Program-made: the position numbers and the translations under genes | The notes under the pieces: model-generated | What the model was told of the DNA's origin: nothing | Seen by the model: only the letters and a program-made list of their open reading frames with translations | Databases searched by the model: none | NCBI RefSeq assembly: GCF_001950255.1 | Contig: NZ_BDJK01000014.1 | Span: 9,966-41,965 of the forward strand | Length of the DNA stretch: 32,000 bases | Origin: Carboxydothermus pertinax | Lineage (GTDB): Bacteria; Bacillota; Z-2901; Carboxydothermales; Carboxydothermaceae | Direction of reading: 5' to 3' | Shown: positions 19,183 through 27,885 of the stretch, in pieces | Numbering within the stretch: position 1 is the first letter of the stretch | Layout: every line of letters starts with the position of its first letter

Positions 19183-21864
19183 ATGGCTAAAAAATTTTTA
19201 GTTGTTGGTGCCGGAGCCGTTGGCTTACAGATAGCTCTGGATCTTGAAGAAAACGGTCACGAGGTTTGGCTGGTGGAAGAAACATCAATGCCGGGAGGAA
19301 AATTTAACAGCCAAAAGCCTTTAGAACCGGGAATAAGTTTAGCTTTTTTAAGCGGCATCTATCATCCAGGCGATTACCTGTATACTAATAAAGCAGTAAG
19401 CCTTATGGCATCCAAAAGGGCAAAGCTTTTTTATAATACGAAAGTTTCCACAATTAATAAAATTAACGGAAAGTTTTCGGTAGAGATTGTAAGTCAAAAT
19501 GAAACTTTAACTGAAGTTTTTGATAGTATTTATCTTACCCCCGGTTTTGTGCCTTTTAATCCTGAAGAAAGAGCTGAATACTTATATGGAATAAATAGTT
19601 TTGTTTTAACTGGCTTAGAACTTGAAAATTTACTAAAAACTGGTGAGCTTAAAAAGAATCCTCCAGAAAAAATTGCTTTTATCCAATGTGTAGGCTCCAG
19701 AAACAACGGAATTGGAGCTGGAAAGCCTTATTGTTCTGGTTTTTGTTGTTTATACAGTTTAAAGGAAATTGACCTTTTAAAGCAAGCTTTGCCTGATACA
19801 GAAATTAAAGTTTTTTATTTAGATTTACGGCTTTATAATAAAGGAGCCGAAAAATTATACAGAAAAGCTCTTGCCAAAAACGTTATTTTTATTCGTAATA
19901 TGATTTCTGCTATTAAAGAAGAACCAAAAAGCTATAAACCAATCGTTCGTTATTTAGATAATGGTCGCTTTAAAGACGAACTTTTTGACCTGGTGGTTTT
20001 AGCTCAAGGTGCAGATCTAGGTCAGCAATTAAAAAAACTTTTAGCAAATTTCAATATTTCGGAAAAGGAAATTATAAATTTCTCAGGTACCCCGGAAAAT
20101 CCCCATCAAATCCTTCCAGGAATATATTTTGCCGGTTCACTTTTAAACCCAATGGATGGGGCAGAGAGCATGATTTCTGCCGGCTCTTCTGTCTTTAATG
20201 AGGTTAATTTAAATAGGGATATCCAGCCAGAAATTGCTGTAAAAAATTATCCAAACACTGGTATTATCTACTGTAATTGCCGGGGTTCAATACCCGTAGA
20301 TGAATTAAAAGGAGTAGCAGAAAACCTTCCGGAAATGGTTGTTTCAGATTGCTTAAAAGAAGAGGAATTAAATAAAATTAAAAAGTTTATTTTGGATAAC
20401 CAAATAGGCAGGACAGTTTTTGTTGGTTGCAGTAAAGTTAAAATTAAAACTGGTTTAGAAAAATTAGCATTGGAAGAAAATTTAGGAACTCGTTTTGAAG
20501 TAGTTAACATTAAAGAACAAGGGTTTTCTTTATATGGCAAAGAAAAGTTAAAGTCCATTGCCAGAACAATGGTAGCAGGAACACTTGCCAGAATTCAATA
20601 CCTTAAAAGCCCAATTTTAAATACTAAAGCTGAGGTGAATCTCGGGGTTACCATTATAGGTGGAGGGCTGGCAGGATTAAAGGTCGCTGAAGCTTTGACG
20701 GCAAAAGGAGTACCTGTAACGGTAATTGAAAAGCAAAATTCTTTTGGTGGAAGATATCAAAATATTAGCATTCCCCAAGAAGGTTTGAATTTAAAGAAAC
20801 ACATTGAAACAACTGTAACTTTATTGGAAAATCGCGGTGCTAATTTATTTAAAAATACACGGGTGGTAGAGGTCTTTGGGGGTCCTGGTAAATATAAACT
20901 TTTGGCGGAACGTTTTGGACAACAGTTTACGTTGGAAACAGCTGCAATTGTGTTAGCTACTGGAGCTCAAAAAAGTTACGGTAATTTTACCAGAAGTCAA
21001 AAGGTAATTTACCAGGAAGATTTTTATACTTTCGATAATAAACTTTCGGAATATAATTCTATTGGCTTCTTACAGTGTGCCGGTAGTCGTAATGTAGAAA
21101 ATCCCCTTTGCAGCCGTAACTGCTGTATTAAGAGCTTAGATACTGCTCTGTATTTAAAAGAAAAATTTCCGCAAAAGGAAGTATATATATTTTATCAAGA
21201 CATTATGGCTTACGGAAAGTATGAATTTAAATACCTAAAAGCAAGAGATATGGGAGTTAAATTTATTCCTTATGACCGGGGGCAATATCCAGAATTTTCT
21301 ACAGTTGGAGATAAAATTAAAGTTATTACAACTGAAAACTATCTAGATGATATTTATCTTGATTTACTGGTTCTTGCCGAAGGAACAAAACCAAAAGAAG
21401 AAAATAGGAAGTTAGCTGAGATATTTAAAGTTGGTATTGATGAGTTTGGTTTTTTACGCGAAACACACCAGGATATTTCAGGAGGGTATTTCCCGAAATG
21501 GGGAGTTTTTATTGCAGGAGAAGCTCAAGGGCCAAAAACAGTAATGGAAATTCTTTACTCTGCTCAAAATGCGGCAAAAAATGTACTAGCTTTTTTAAAT
21601 CAAATTCAGCAATCCCAGCTAAAAACCAATTTCAGCGAAGTTATTGAAGAAAAGTGTGCAGCTTGCCTAACTTGTGTCCGGGTATGTCCATATTCTATTC
21701 CAGAAGTTATAAATGGTAAAAACGTAGCTTATATTGACCCAATTGCCTGTCAAGGATGTGGTGTTTGTGCTTCAGAATGTCCCAATAAGGCAATAGTCCA
21801 GCACAACCGTCCCCACGACGGTGTTTTAGCAGAAATCAGGGTTTTAGCCGGGGAGGGGAAATAA
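19183..21864 (+). CDS. hdrA: HdrA-like flavoprotein with internal duplication (two FAD/HdrA modules plus a C-terminal 2x[4Fe-4S] ferredoxin domain)
   Basis: The 893-aa product has GxGxxG motifs at residues 9-14 (GAGAVG) and 493-498 (GGGLAG). The HdrA Cys signature occurs twice: IQCVGSRN...YCSGFCC (residues 167-189) and LQCAGSRN...LCSRNCC (residues 630-648). The C-terminus has CAACLTCVRVCP and CQGCGVCASECP. Confidence 0.88.
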   Translation: MAKKFLVVGAGAVGLQIALDLEENGHEVWLVEETSMPGGKFNSQKPLEPGISLAFLSGIYHPGDYLYTNKAVSLMASKRAKLFYNTKVSTINKINGKFSVEIVSQNETLTEVFDSIYLTPGFVPFNPEERAEYLYGINSFVLTGLELENLLKTGELKKNPPEKIAFIQCVGSRNNGIGAGKPYCSGFCCLYSLKEIDLLKQALPDTEIKVFYLDLRLYNKGAEKLYRKALAKNVIFIRNMISAIKEEPKSYKPIVRYLDNGRFKDELFDLVVLAQGADLGQQLKKLLANFNISEKEIINFSGTPENPHQILPGIYFAGSLLNPMDGAESMISAGSSVFNEVNLNRDIQPEIAVKNYPNTGIIYCNCRGSIPVDELKGVAENLPEMVVSDCLKEEELNKIKKFILDNQIGRTVFVGCSKVKIKTGLEKLALEENLGTRFEVVNIKEQGFSLYGKEKLKSIARTMVAGTLARIQYLKSPILNTKAEVNLGVTIIGGGLAGLKVAEALTAKGVPVTVIEKQNSFGGRYQNISIPQEGLNLKKHIETTVTLLENRGANLFKNTRVVEVFGGPGKYKLLAERFGQQFTLETAAIVLATGAQKSYGNFTRSQKVIYQEDFYTFDNKLSEYNSIGFLQCAGSRNVENPLCSRNCCIKSLDTALYLKEKFPQKEVYIFYQDIMAYGKYEFKYLKARDMGVKFIPYDRGQYPEFSTVGDKIKVITTENYLDDIYLDLLVLAEGTKPKEENRKLAEIFKVGIDEFGFLRETHQDISGGYFPKWGVFIAGEAQGPKTVMEILYSAQNAAKNVLAFLNQIQQSQLKTNFSEVIEEKCAACLTCVRVCPYSIPEVINGKNVAYIDPIACQGCGVCASECPNKAIVQHNRPHDGVLAEIRVLAGEGK

Positions 21865-22224
21865 ATGGCAGGGAAAGTATTAATTTACCATTGCTCTTAT
21901 TGTTCCTATTTAACTTTGGATTTACTTGGCCAATACAAGGTTTCTCTTCAGGAAAATGTAGTGATTACCGATCTCCCCTGTACCGGAACTTTATCAGTAA
22001 ATATGCTCTTAGAAGCAATAGAAAAAGGGTTTGAAAAGGTCGTTGTCATTGGGGGAACCAGTAACGATTGCCGGTTTTTAAAAGGGAGCCTAAGGGCTCA
22101 AAAAAGAGTTCTTGAGGCGCAAAAAATCTTAGAGGAAATTGGTTATGAACCGACAAGACTTTCTTTTTATGAACTAAAACCGGGTGACTTAGAGAGTCTT
22201 AAAACAATTTTAATAAAGCTTTAA
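21865..22224 (+). CDS. mvhD: MvhD/FlpD-type hydrogenase-delta-like iron-sulfur protein
   Basis: The 119-aa product has an ATG directly after the hdrA TAA. Motifs YHCSYCSY...LPCTGTLS...VVVIGGTSNDCRFLKG match the MvhD layout. Confidence 0.85.
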   Translation: MAGKVLIYHCSYCSYLTLDLLGQYKVSLQENVVITDLPCTGTLSVNMLLEAIEKGFEKVVVIGGTSNDCRFLKGSLRAQKRVLEAQKILEEIGYEPTRLSFYELKPGDLESLKTILIKL

Positions 22225-22248
22225 TACTCTGGGAAAGGGTGACAAAAC

Positions 22249-22917
22249 TTGATTGTTGCCGAAAGAAAGCCTATTGAAGAAATAATTAAAATGGTTGAAA
22301 AACACGAAAATATTCTGGTGTTAGGTTGCGGTGGATGTGTAACCGTGTGTCTGGCAGGTGGAGAAAAAGAAGCCGAACAATTAGCAACAACCCTACGCCT
22401 GTATTTTCAAAAGGAAAACAAACAGTTTAAAACAATTACCACAACTATTACCAGACAATGTGACCCGGAATATGTAAAGTCTGTGGCGGAAGAAGTGGCC
22501 AAAGCTGACGCTGTATTATCTACCGCTTGTGGTGTAGGAGTACAGTTTATGGCAGAAAATTACCCCGGTAAGTGGGTTTATCCGGCTCTTAATACGAAAT
22601 TCGCGGGAGCGAACTTAGAGCTGGGAGTTTGGGGGGAAAGATGCGGTCTCTGTGGCGAGTGTATTTTACATTTAACTGGTGGTGTCTGTCCTGTAATCCG
22701 TTGTTCCAAAAGTTTGTTAAATGGTCCTTGTGGTGGTTCCCAAAATGGGAAATGTGAAGTTTCCAGTGAAATTGACTGTGCCTGGCAATTAATTTATGAC
22801 CGTTTAAAGAGCTTAAATAGTCTAGACCTTATCCTTAAAATTCAACCGCCTAAAGATTGGTCCAAAGCCCGGGATGGCGGTCCCCGAAAAGTAATTAAGG
22901 AGGAGGTCCGGTTATGA
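22249..22917 (+). CDS. metV: Methylenetetrahydrofolate reductase small, Cys-rich subunit (MetV)
   Basis: TTG start follows GGAAAGGGTG. The product is Cys-rich (LGCGGCVTVC; CGLCGECILHLTGGVCPVIRCSKSLLNGPCGGSQNGKCEV). Its end overlaps the metF start by 4 nt. Confidence 0.82.
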   Translation: MIVAERKPIEEIIKMVEKHENILVLGCGGCVTVCLAGGEKEAEQLATTLRLYFQKENKQFKTITTTITRQCDPEYVKSVAEEVAKADAVLSTACGVGVQFMAENYPGKWVYPALNTKFAGANLELGVWGERCGLCGECILHLTGGVCPVIRCSKSLLNGPCGGSQNGKCEVSSEIDCAWQLIYDRLKSLNSLDLILKIQPPKDWSKARDGGPRKVIKEEVRL

Positions 22918-23831
22918 TTACTGAGAGCCGTTTAGAAAAATTATTTACCGATGGACATTTCGTGGTGACTGCTGAAATTGGACCTCCTAAAAATAGTAAC
23001 GGAGAAGTAGTAAGAAAACATGCCCGGAACTTAAAAAATTACATCGACGGAGCAAACCTTACCGACAACCAAACAGCTGTAGTAAGGTTATCAAGTATTG
23101 CAGCGGGGTACCATGTTTTGTCGGAAGGCCTAGATCCGATAATTCAAATGACCTGTCGGGATCGTAACCGCATTGGCTTACAGTCAGATCTCCTGGGAGC
23201 ATACAGCCTAGGAATACGTAATGTTCTAGCCTTAACGGGTGACCATCAATCTTTTGGGAACCATCCTACTTCGAAAAATGTGTATGACTTAGATTCGATC
23301 CAGCTCATTCGAACTATAAAAAAAATGCGGGACGAAAAGCAGTTTTTATCGGGAGAAGCAATTAAAGAACATGAGCCACGGTTTTTTATTGGAGCTGTTG
23401 AAAACCCCTTTGGTGACCCCTTCGAATTTCGAGTATTGAGGCTTGAGAAAAAAATTGAAGCTGGTGCCCAGTTTATCCAAACCCAGTGCATCTTTGACAT
23501 GGAAAGATTTGAAAGATTTATGGAAATGGTTCGGGAGAGGGGACTACATGAAAGGGCATATATCTTGGCGGGAATAACCCCGTTAAAATCAGCAAAAGCG
23601 GCTAAATATATGAAAAACGTCGCTGGTATGATCATGCCTGATCACATAATTGAACGGATGGAAAAAGCAGAAGACCAGAAAGAAGAAGGAGTTAAAATAG
23701 CTGTGGAAATGATTGAGCACTTGAAAGCCGTTAAAGGCGTTGCCGGGGTGCATATAATGGCAATTGCCTGGGAAGATATTGTTCCTGTAATTGTTGAACG
23801 AGCAGGGTTACTTCCGCGACCTGAAGTTTAA
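22914..23831 (+). CDS. metF: 5,10-methylenetetrahydrofolate reductase catalytic subunit
   Basis: The 305-aa product has MetF blocks VTAEIGPPK, IQMTCRDRNR, NVLALTGD and AQFIQTQCIFD. A strong terminator follows. Confidence 0.92.
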   Translation: MITESRLEKLFTDGHFVVTAEIGPPKNSNGEVVRKHARNLKNYIDGANLTDNQTAVVRLSSIAAGYHVLSEGLDPIIQMTCRDRNRIGLQSDLLGAYSLGIRNVLALTGDHQSFGNHPTSKNVYDLDSIQLIRTIKKMRDEKQFLSGEAIKEHEPRFFIGAVENPFGDPFEFRVLRLEKKIEAGAQFIQTQCIFDMERFERFMEMVRERGLHERAYILAGITPLKSAKAAKYMKNVAGMIMPDHIIERMEKAEDQKEEGVKIAVEMIEHLKAVKGVAGVHIMAIAWEDIVPVIVERAGLLPRPEV

Positions 23832-23852
23832 ACTTCAGGTCTTTTTTCTTTT
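23819..23852 (+). terminator. Rho-independent terminator ending the acs/hdr/met supercluster
   Basis: Inverted repeat acctgaagtt / aacttcaggt (23819-23828 / 23831-23840) followed by CTTTTTTCTTTT. It overlaps the metF stop codon. Confidence 0.8.
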
Positions 23853-23905
23853 AAACAGTGATAAATTCTGATATAGTATTGATTGCAGGAATGGAGGTGT
23901 AACAG

Positions 23906-24757
23906 GTGCAGGATTATCACATTCACCCTGGCTATTCAATTGATGCCGCCAATTATACGCCAAAGGATTATTGTGAAAAGGCTTTAGCTCTTAATTTAAA
24001 AGAAATTGCCTTTACCACCCATTATGAGGCAGAACCTGAAAGACGGGAAATAGATTGGTTTTTAAGGATAAATGGCACTTTAGTTCCAATGGAGAAAGAG
24101 GATTGGCTAAAAGTTTATTTTGATGAATTACTAGATTTAAGAGAGGTCTATAAAAGCTATGGTTTAAATGTTAAAATTGGTTTAGAGGTAGGTTATTTCG
24201 AAGGTATTGAAGAAAAGATTATAAAGTTAAAAGAAAATTATCCCTTTGACTTTATAATGGGTTCCATCCATACCCTGGATCACATTGCCATATCATCGAA
24301 AAAAGAAGCTCCTTCCTTATTTTCACGGTTGTCGGCAGAGGAAATTTTAGAAAAATATTTTAAAAGATTAGAAAACCTTATTCAATCCGGTTTGTTTGAA
24401 GTTATTGGTCATTTAGATTTATTTTTGCGCTACGGCATATCTTTTTATGGTCTGAAAAATTTACTAATTTTCAACGAGAGAATTAGGAATGTTTTTTTAT
24501 TAATTAAAAAAAGGGAGCTTGTTATCGAGCTTAACAGTTCTTCGTTAAGGCGGGGATACGATTTTATTCATCCTCATCAATTTTTTCTAAAAAAATTAAT
24601 CTCTTTAGGAATAGATAAGTTTGTTATTGGTTCTGATGCTCATTCCCTTTCTGAACTTGGTTTTGGGCAAGAAACAATGTTAACCCTTCTTAAAAATTTC
24701 AACTTAAAACCGGTTTCTTTGACGAATGGGGTAGTTTCAGCCAGGGAGGATTTTTAA
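23906..24757 (+). CDS. PHP-domain phosphoesterase (histidinol-phosphatase HisJ/HisK-like family)
   Basis: GTG start follows GGAGGTG. The N-terminus MQDYHIHPGYSIDA plus later metal-ligand contexts (FTTHYE, GSIHT, IGHLD, GSDAH) fit the PHP fold. No other his genes are nearby. Confidence 0.75.
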   Translation: MQDYHIHPGYSIDAANYTPKDYCEKALALNLKEIAFTTHYEAEPERREIDWFLRINGTLVPMEKEDWLKVYFDELLDLREVYKSYGLNVKIGLEVGYFEGIEEKIIKLKENYPFDFIMGSIHTLDHIAISSKKEAPSLFSRLSAEEILEKYFKRLENLIQSGLFEVIGHLDLFLRYGISFYGLKNLLIFNERIRNVFLLIKKRELVIELNSSSLRRGYDFIHPHQFFLKKLISLGIDKFVIGSDAHSLSELGFGQETMLTLLKNFNLKPVSLTNGVVSAREDF

Positions 24758-25491
24758 TGAGTGGACTTACTTTATTTTTGGCGGAACTTTTTAATCAAGG
24801 TTTAATAAGTGTTCCCACCTTTCTTTTAAAAAATTATAAACACTTAAATTTAAATGAAAAAGAACTGGTATTTTTGTTGCAGCTTATGAGTTTTATTAAT
24901 GAAGGGAATTTGCTACCTTCGGCTGAATTTATTGCCCAAACTTTAGGAGAAGATTTAGCTGAAGTTAAAAAAAACTACCGCGAACTTATCAAAAAAGGAA
25001 TTATCTCGGTTAGCCGTAAGTTTGATGAAAAATCCGCAAAATACGTGGAAACAATTGATTATATACCACTATTGGAAAAACTTACAGATCTCTGGGCTGC
25101 TCAAAAAGTCTTTAAGGAAAGTAATAAAATTCCAGATAAGGTAAACCTAGACACTACCTCTAGAGTAGTGGAAATTTTTAGTCGCGAATTTGGCCGGGGA
25201 TTATCGCCAATGGAAATAGAGCTTATTGATAATTGGCTTAATCAAAAGCAGTATCAAGAAGAATTAATTTATGAAGCTTTAAAGCGTGCAGTTATGTTAA
25301 ATAAAAAAAGTTTTCGCTATATCGATGCTATATTATATCGATGGGAAACAAATAATTTAAAATCCATCGAGGAAATTAATGCTTTTGAGGAACAAACAAA
25401 AAAGAAAAGGACACCAAAAACAAGTAAAGTAGAGTCCAAGGACTCAGACGAAAGAAAGAAAGAGATAATTAAAAAACTTTATTTAAGCTAG
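24757..25491 (+). CDS. DnaD-domain replication initiation / helicase-loading protein (Firmicute DnaB/DnaD family)
   Basis: The start overlaps the upstream stop (TAATG). The C-terminal DnaD-type block is GRGLSPMEIELIDNWLNQ...ELIYEALKRAV...SFRYIDAILYRWETNN, followed by a basic tail. Confidence 0.75.
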   Translation: MSGLTLFLAELFNQGLISVPTFLLKNYKHLNLNEKELVFLLQLMSFINEGNLLPSAEFIAQTLGEDLAEVKKNYRELIKKGIISVSRKFDEKSAKYVETIDYIPLLEKLTDLWAAQKVFKESNKIPDKVNLDTTSRVVEIFSREFGRGLSPMEIELIDNWLNQKQYQEELIYEALKRAVMLNKKSFRYIDAILYRWETNNLKSIEEINAFEEQTKKKRTPKTSKVESKDSDERKKEIIKKLYLS

Positions 25492-25502
25492 GTGATTTTT
25501 AG

Positions 25503-26216
25503 ATGGCAAACTGTCCAGATTGCCAAGACCGGGGTTTAATAAAAAACGAAAAGGGAGAATATATTCAATGTCACTGCGTTACTAAAAAAAGTCATGATTT
25601 AAAACAAGTTCAGAGCTTAATTCCACCCCTTTACAGGAATAAGTCTTTTTCTGATTTTAATTTAAGCTATTATTCAAAGTTCCACTTTGACCGGGAACGT
25701 AATATTTCTTATTATGAAAGTGCCCAGCGAGCATTAAAAGCAGCAGTTAATTTTGTTAAACTACTTTCTCTTAATAAACCAACTAAAGGTTTATATTTTT
25801 CCGGCCCGGTAGGTAGTGGTAAAACATTATTAGCTGCTATAATAGCCAATGAAGCAATTAAAGCGGGAAAAGAGGTTTTATTTGTAGTTGTTCCGGAATT
25901 TTTAGAAAAAGTTAAGCAAAGCTTCGGGGAAGAGGATGACGGTTTTTTAATGAAAAAAGCTTTATCTTCAGAGTTATTAATTCTAGACGACCTGGGAGCC
26001 CATAATTACACTGAATGGACTCGAAACACCTTATATTTAATTATCAATCACCGGTTAAATTATCAATTACCTGTTATTATTACTACAAATATTGGCCTTG
26101 AAGATTTAGAAAGCTACTTAGGAGAGCGAACAACTTCCCGTATTTTTCAACTTTGTCATCATTACTGGTTACCGGTAGATTTAGACATTCGCTTAAAGAA
26201 AGTACGAGGAATGTAA
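25503..26216 (+). CDS. DnaI/DnaC-type helicase loader AAA+ ATPase
   Basis: It has an N-terminal Zn-ribbon-like CPDCQDRG...CHC, Walker A GPVGSGKT and Walker B LLILDDLG, then IITTN. It lies 11 nt downstream of the DnaD-like gene. Confidence 0.82.
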   Translation: MANCPDCQDRGLIKNEKGEYIQCHCVTKKSHDLKQVQSLIPPLYRNKSFSDFNLSYYSKFHFDRERNISYYESAQRALKAAVNFVKLLSLNKPTKGLYFSGPVGSGKTLLAAIIANEAIKAGKEVLFVVVPEFLEKVKQSFGEEDDGFLMKKALSSELLILDDLGAHNYTEWTRNTLYLIINHRLNYQLPVIITTNIGLEDLESYLGERTTSRIFQLCHHYWLPVDLDIRLKKVRGM

Positions 26217-26275
26217 AGGAGATTTTGGGGAAAAAATAATATTGTTCTCTATATTATCTAGATGGGTTGGTTTAA

Positions 26276-27868
26276 ATGCAGGAAACCCAAAGGCTTAAAG
26301 AAATCATTAGGATATTGGGAAAATATGGTTTGAGAATATTAGAAAATAAAATAAAAAAAGAGAGCAAAACCTTTCTTTTAGATGAACAACAAATTTTACA
26401 ATTGTTTTCAGAATTAGGTCCGACTTTTATTAAGTTTGGACAGTTTTTAAGTACTCGACCGGATCTGGTCGATGAAAAACTTGTTGCAGTTTTGCGAAAT
26501 TTGCAAGATAATGTTCCCTCTGTGCCTTTTACAGACTGTAAAAAATTTATTGAAGAAACTTTGCACGAAAATTATTTTAACCAGTTTAGAGAAATTGAAC
26601 CAATTCCTTTAGCTAGTGCTTCTATCGCTCAGGTTTACCGTGGAACTCTTCTAAACGGTCAAAAAGTGGTTTTAAAAATAAAAAGACCAATTTTAGAAAA
26701 GATAATTGCAACTGATTTAGAGATAATAAAGAAATATTTTTTACCCCAATTTAAAGTTTTGGGGTTCATTTCTCCTTTAGACTTAGAAAAAATTTATAAT
26801 TTATTTGAATTAAAACTAAAAGAAGAATTGGATTTTTTACATGAGCTACAAAATATTAGAATTTTTTACAACGCCTTAAAAGCAGAAGAAGATATACTTA
26901 TTCCAAAAGCTTTTAAAGATTTATCCGGAAGAAATATTTTGGTCATGGAATACATTGAAGGGAACCAGTTAACGAATTTTTTAAAAAATAGGGTTTACTA
27001 TCCAGCTTTAGGGGAAAAGCTGGTTAAAAGTTTTTGTCGAATGCTTTTAATAGAAAATCTCTTTCATGCTGACCCCCATCCAGGAAATATTATACTGACT
27101 AAAGATAAAAAAATTGGCTTTGTGGATTTTGGAGCAGTTGGATTTATTGATAATAAAACTCGCGACATTCTTTCTGAGCTATTTTTATATTTAAGTGAAA
27201 AAAATTTCAATGGTATAATTAATTTAATTTACCGTCTTGGCCAACATCGAGGAGAAATTGATGATTTTACTTTTTACCAGGAAATTTATAAAATAATTGA
27301 ACTAGTATCAGAAATAGGTAAAGGAGAGGTCTTGGCGGGACGAATAATTCTTGATATTATTAAAATTAGCATAAAGTATGGTATTAACGTTCCTGCAAAT
27401 CTTGTTTATATTGGGAAAGCTGCCTTAAACATTGAAAGTACTGCCTTTTCTTTAGGTACTCGCTTTAATTTCTTGGATCTGGCAAAGGAGTACAGTGAAC
27501 AAGCTTTGAGTAAAAATTATTTCAAATATCTTGAGCCCCAAGCAATTTATTTAAATTTATATAAAAAGCTTGAGGTTAGTGAGAAGATACCATTACTTTT
27601 ATTATCAATCTTAAAAAAGTTTGATGAAGGAAATAGCCAAGTGGTTTTTAAACATGCGGGGTTAGAGTCAATCATAAAAGCATTAGACCGGACGTCTATG
27701 CGGATTACTTTTGGTCTTATCATTGCCTCTTTATTAATTGCTTCAGGGTTAATTGTAGCAGCTGATGGACAACTTTTACAAACCCTTGGAACAACTACTT
27801 ATTTATTATCAATAGGGGCTGCTCTTTCATTAATGTATTTAATATTAAAATCGGGAAAGTGGCATTAA
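26276..27868 (+). CDS. ABC1/UbiB (AarF) family atypical kinase, paralog 2, with C-terminal transmembrane segments
   Basis: It carries the same family blocks as paralog 1 (LGPTFIKFGQFLSTRPDLV, LASASIAQVYRGTL, VVLKIKRP, LFHADPHPGNIIL, FVDFGAVG). The tail is hydrophobic (ITFGLIIASLLIASGLIVA, YLLSIGAALSLMYLIL). Confidence 0.88.
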   Translation: MQETQRLKEIIRILGKYGLRILENKIKKESKTFLLDEQQILQLFSELGPTFIKFGQFLSTRPDLVDEKLVAVLRNLQDNVPSVPFTDCKKFIEETLHENYFNQFREIEPIPLASASIAQVYRGTLLNGQKVVLKIKRPILEKIIATDLEIIKKYFLPQFKVLGFISPLDLEKIYNLFELKLKEELDFLHELQNIRIFYNALKAEEDILIPKAFKDLSGRNILVMEYIEGNQLTNFLKNRVYYPALGEKLVKSFCRMLLIENLFHADPHPGNIILTKDKKIGFVDFGAVGFIDNKTRDILSELFLYLSEKNFNGIINLIYRLGQHRGEIDDFTFYQEIYKIIELVSEIGKGEVLAGRIILDIIKISIKYGINVPANLVYIGKAALNIESTAFSLGTRFNFLDLAKEYSEQALSKNYFKYLEPQAIYLNLYKKLEVSEKIPLLLLSILKKFDEGNSQVVFKHAGLESIIKALDRTSMRITFGLIIASLLIASGLIVAADGQLLQTLGTTTYLLSIGAALSLMYLILKSGKWH

Positions 27869-27885
27869 AAAAAGGGGGGTTTAAA

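Noticed and set aside
17764-22224. Possible selenocysteine recoding or frameshifts in the hdr/mvhD genes, as some HdrA and MvhD homologs are selenoproteins.
   Set aside because: All five ORFs are uninterrupted, their lengths match the expected domain complements, and Cys occupies the expected motif positions. No in-frame TGA needs explaining.
24757-26216. Possibility that the DnaD-like/DnaI-like pair marks a prophage or plasmid replication module.
   Set aside because: No integrase, recombinase, repressor, structural or terminase genes, att-like repeats or tRNA-adjacent junction occur nearby. Firmicute chromosomes normally carry such a pair as housekeeping helicase loaders.
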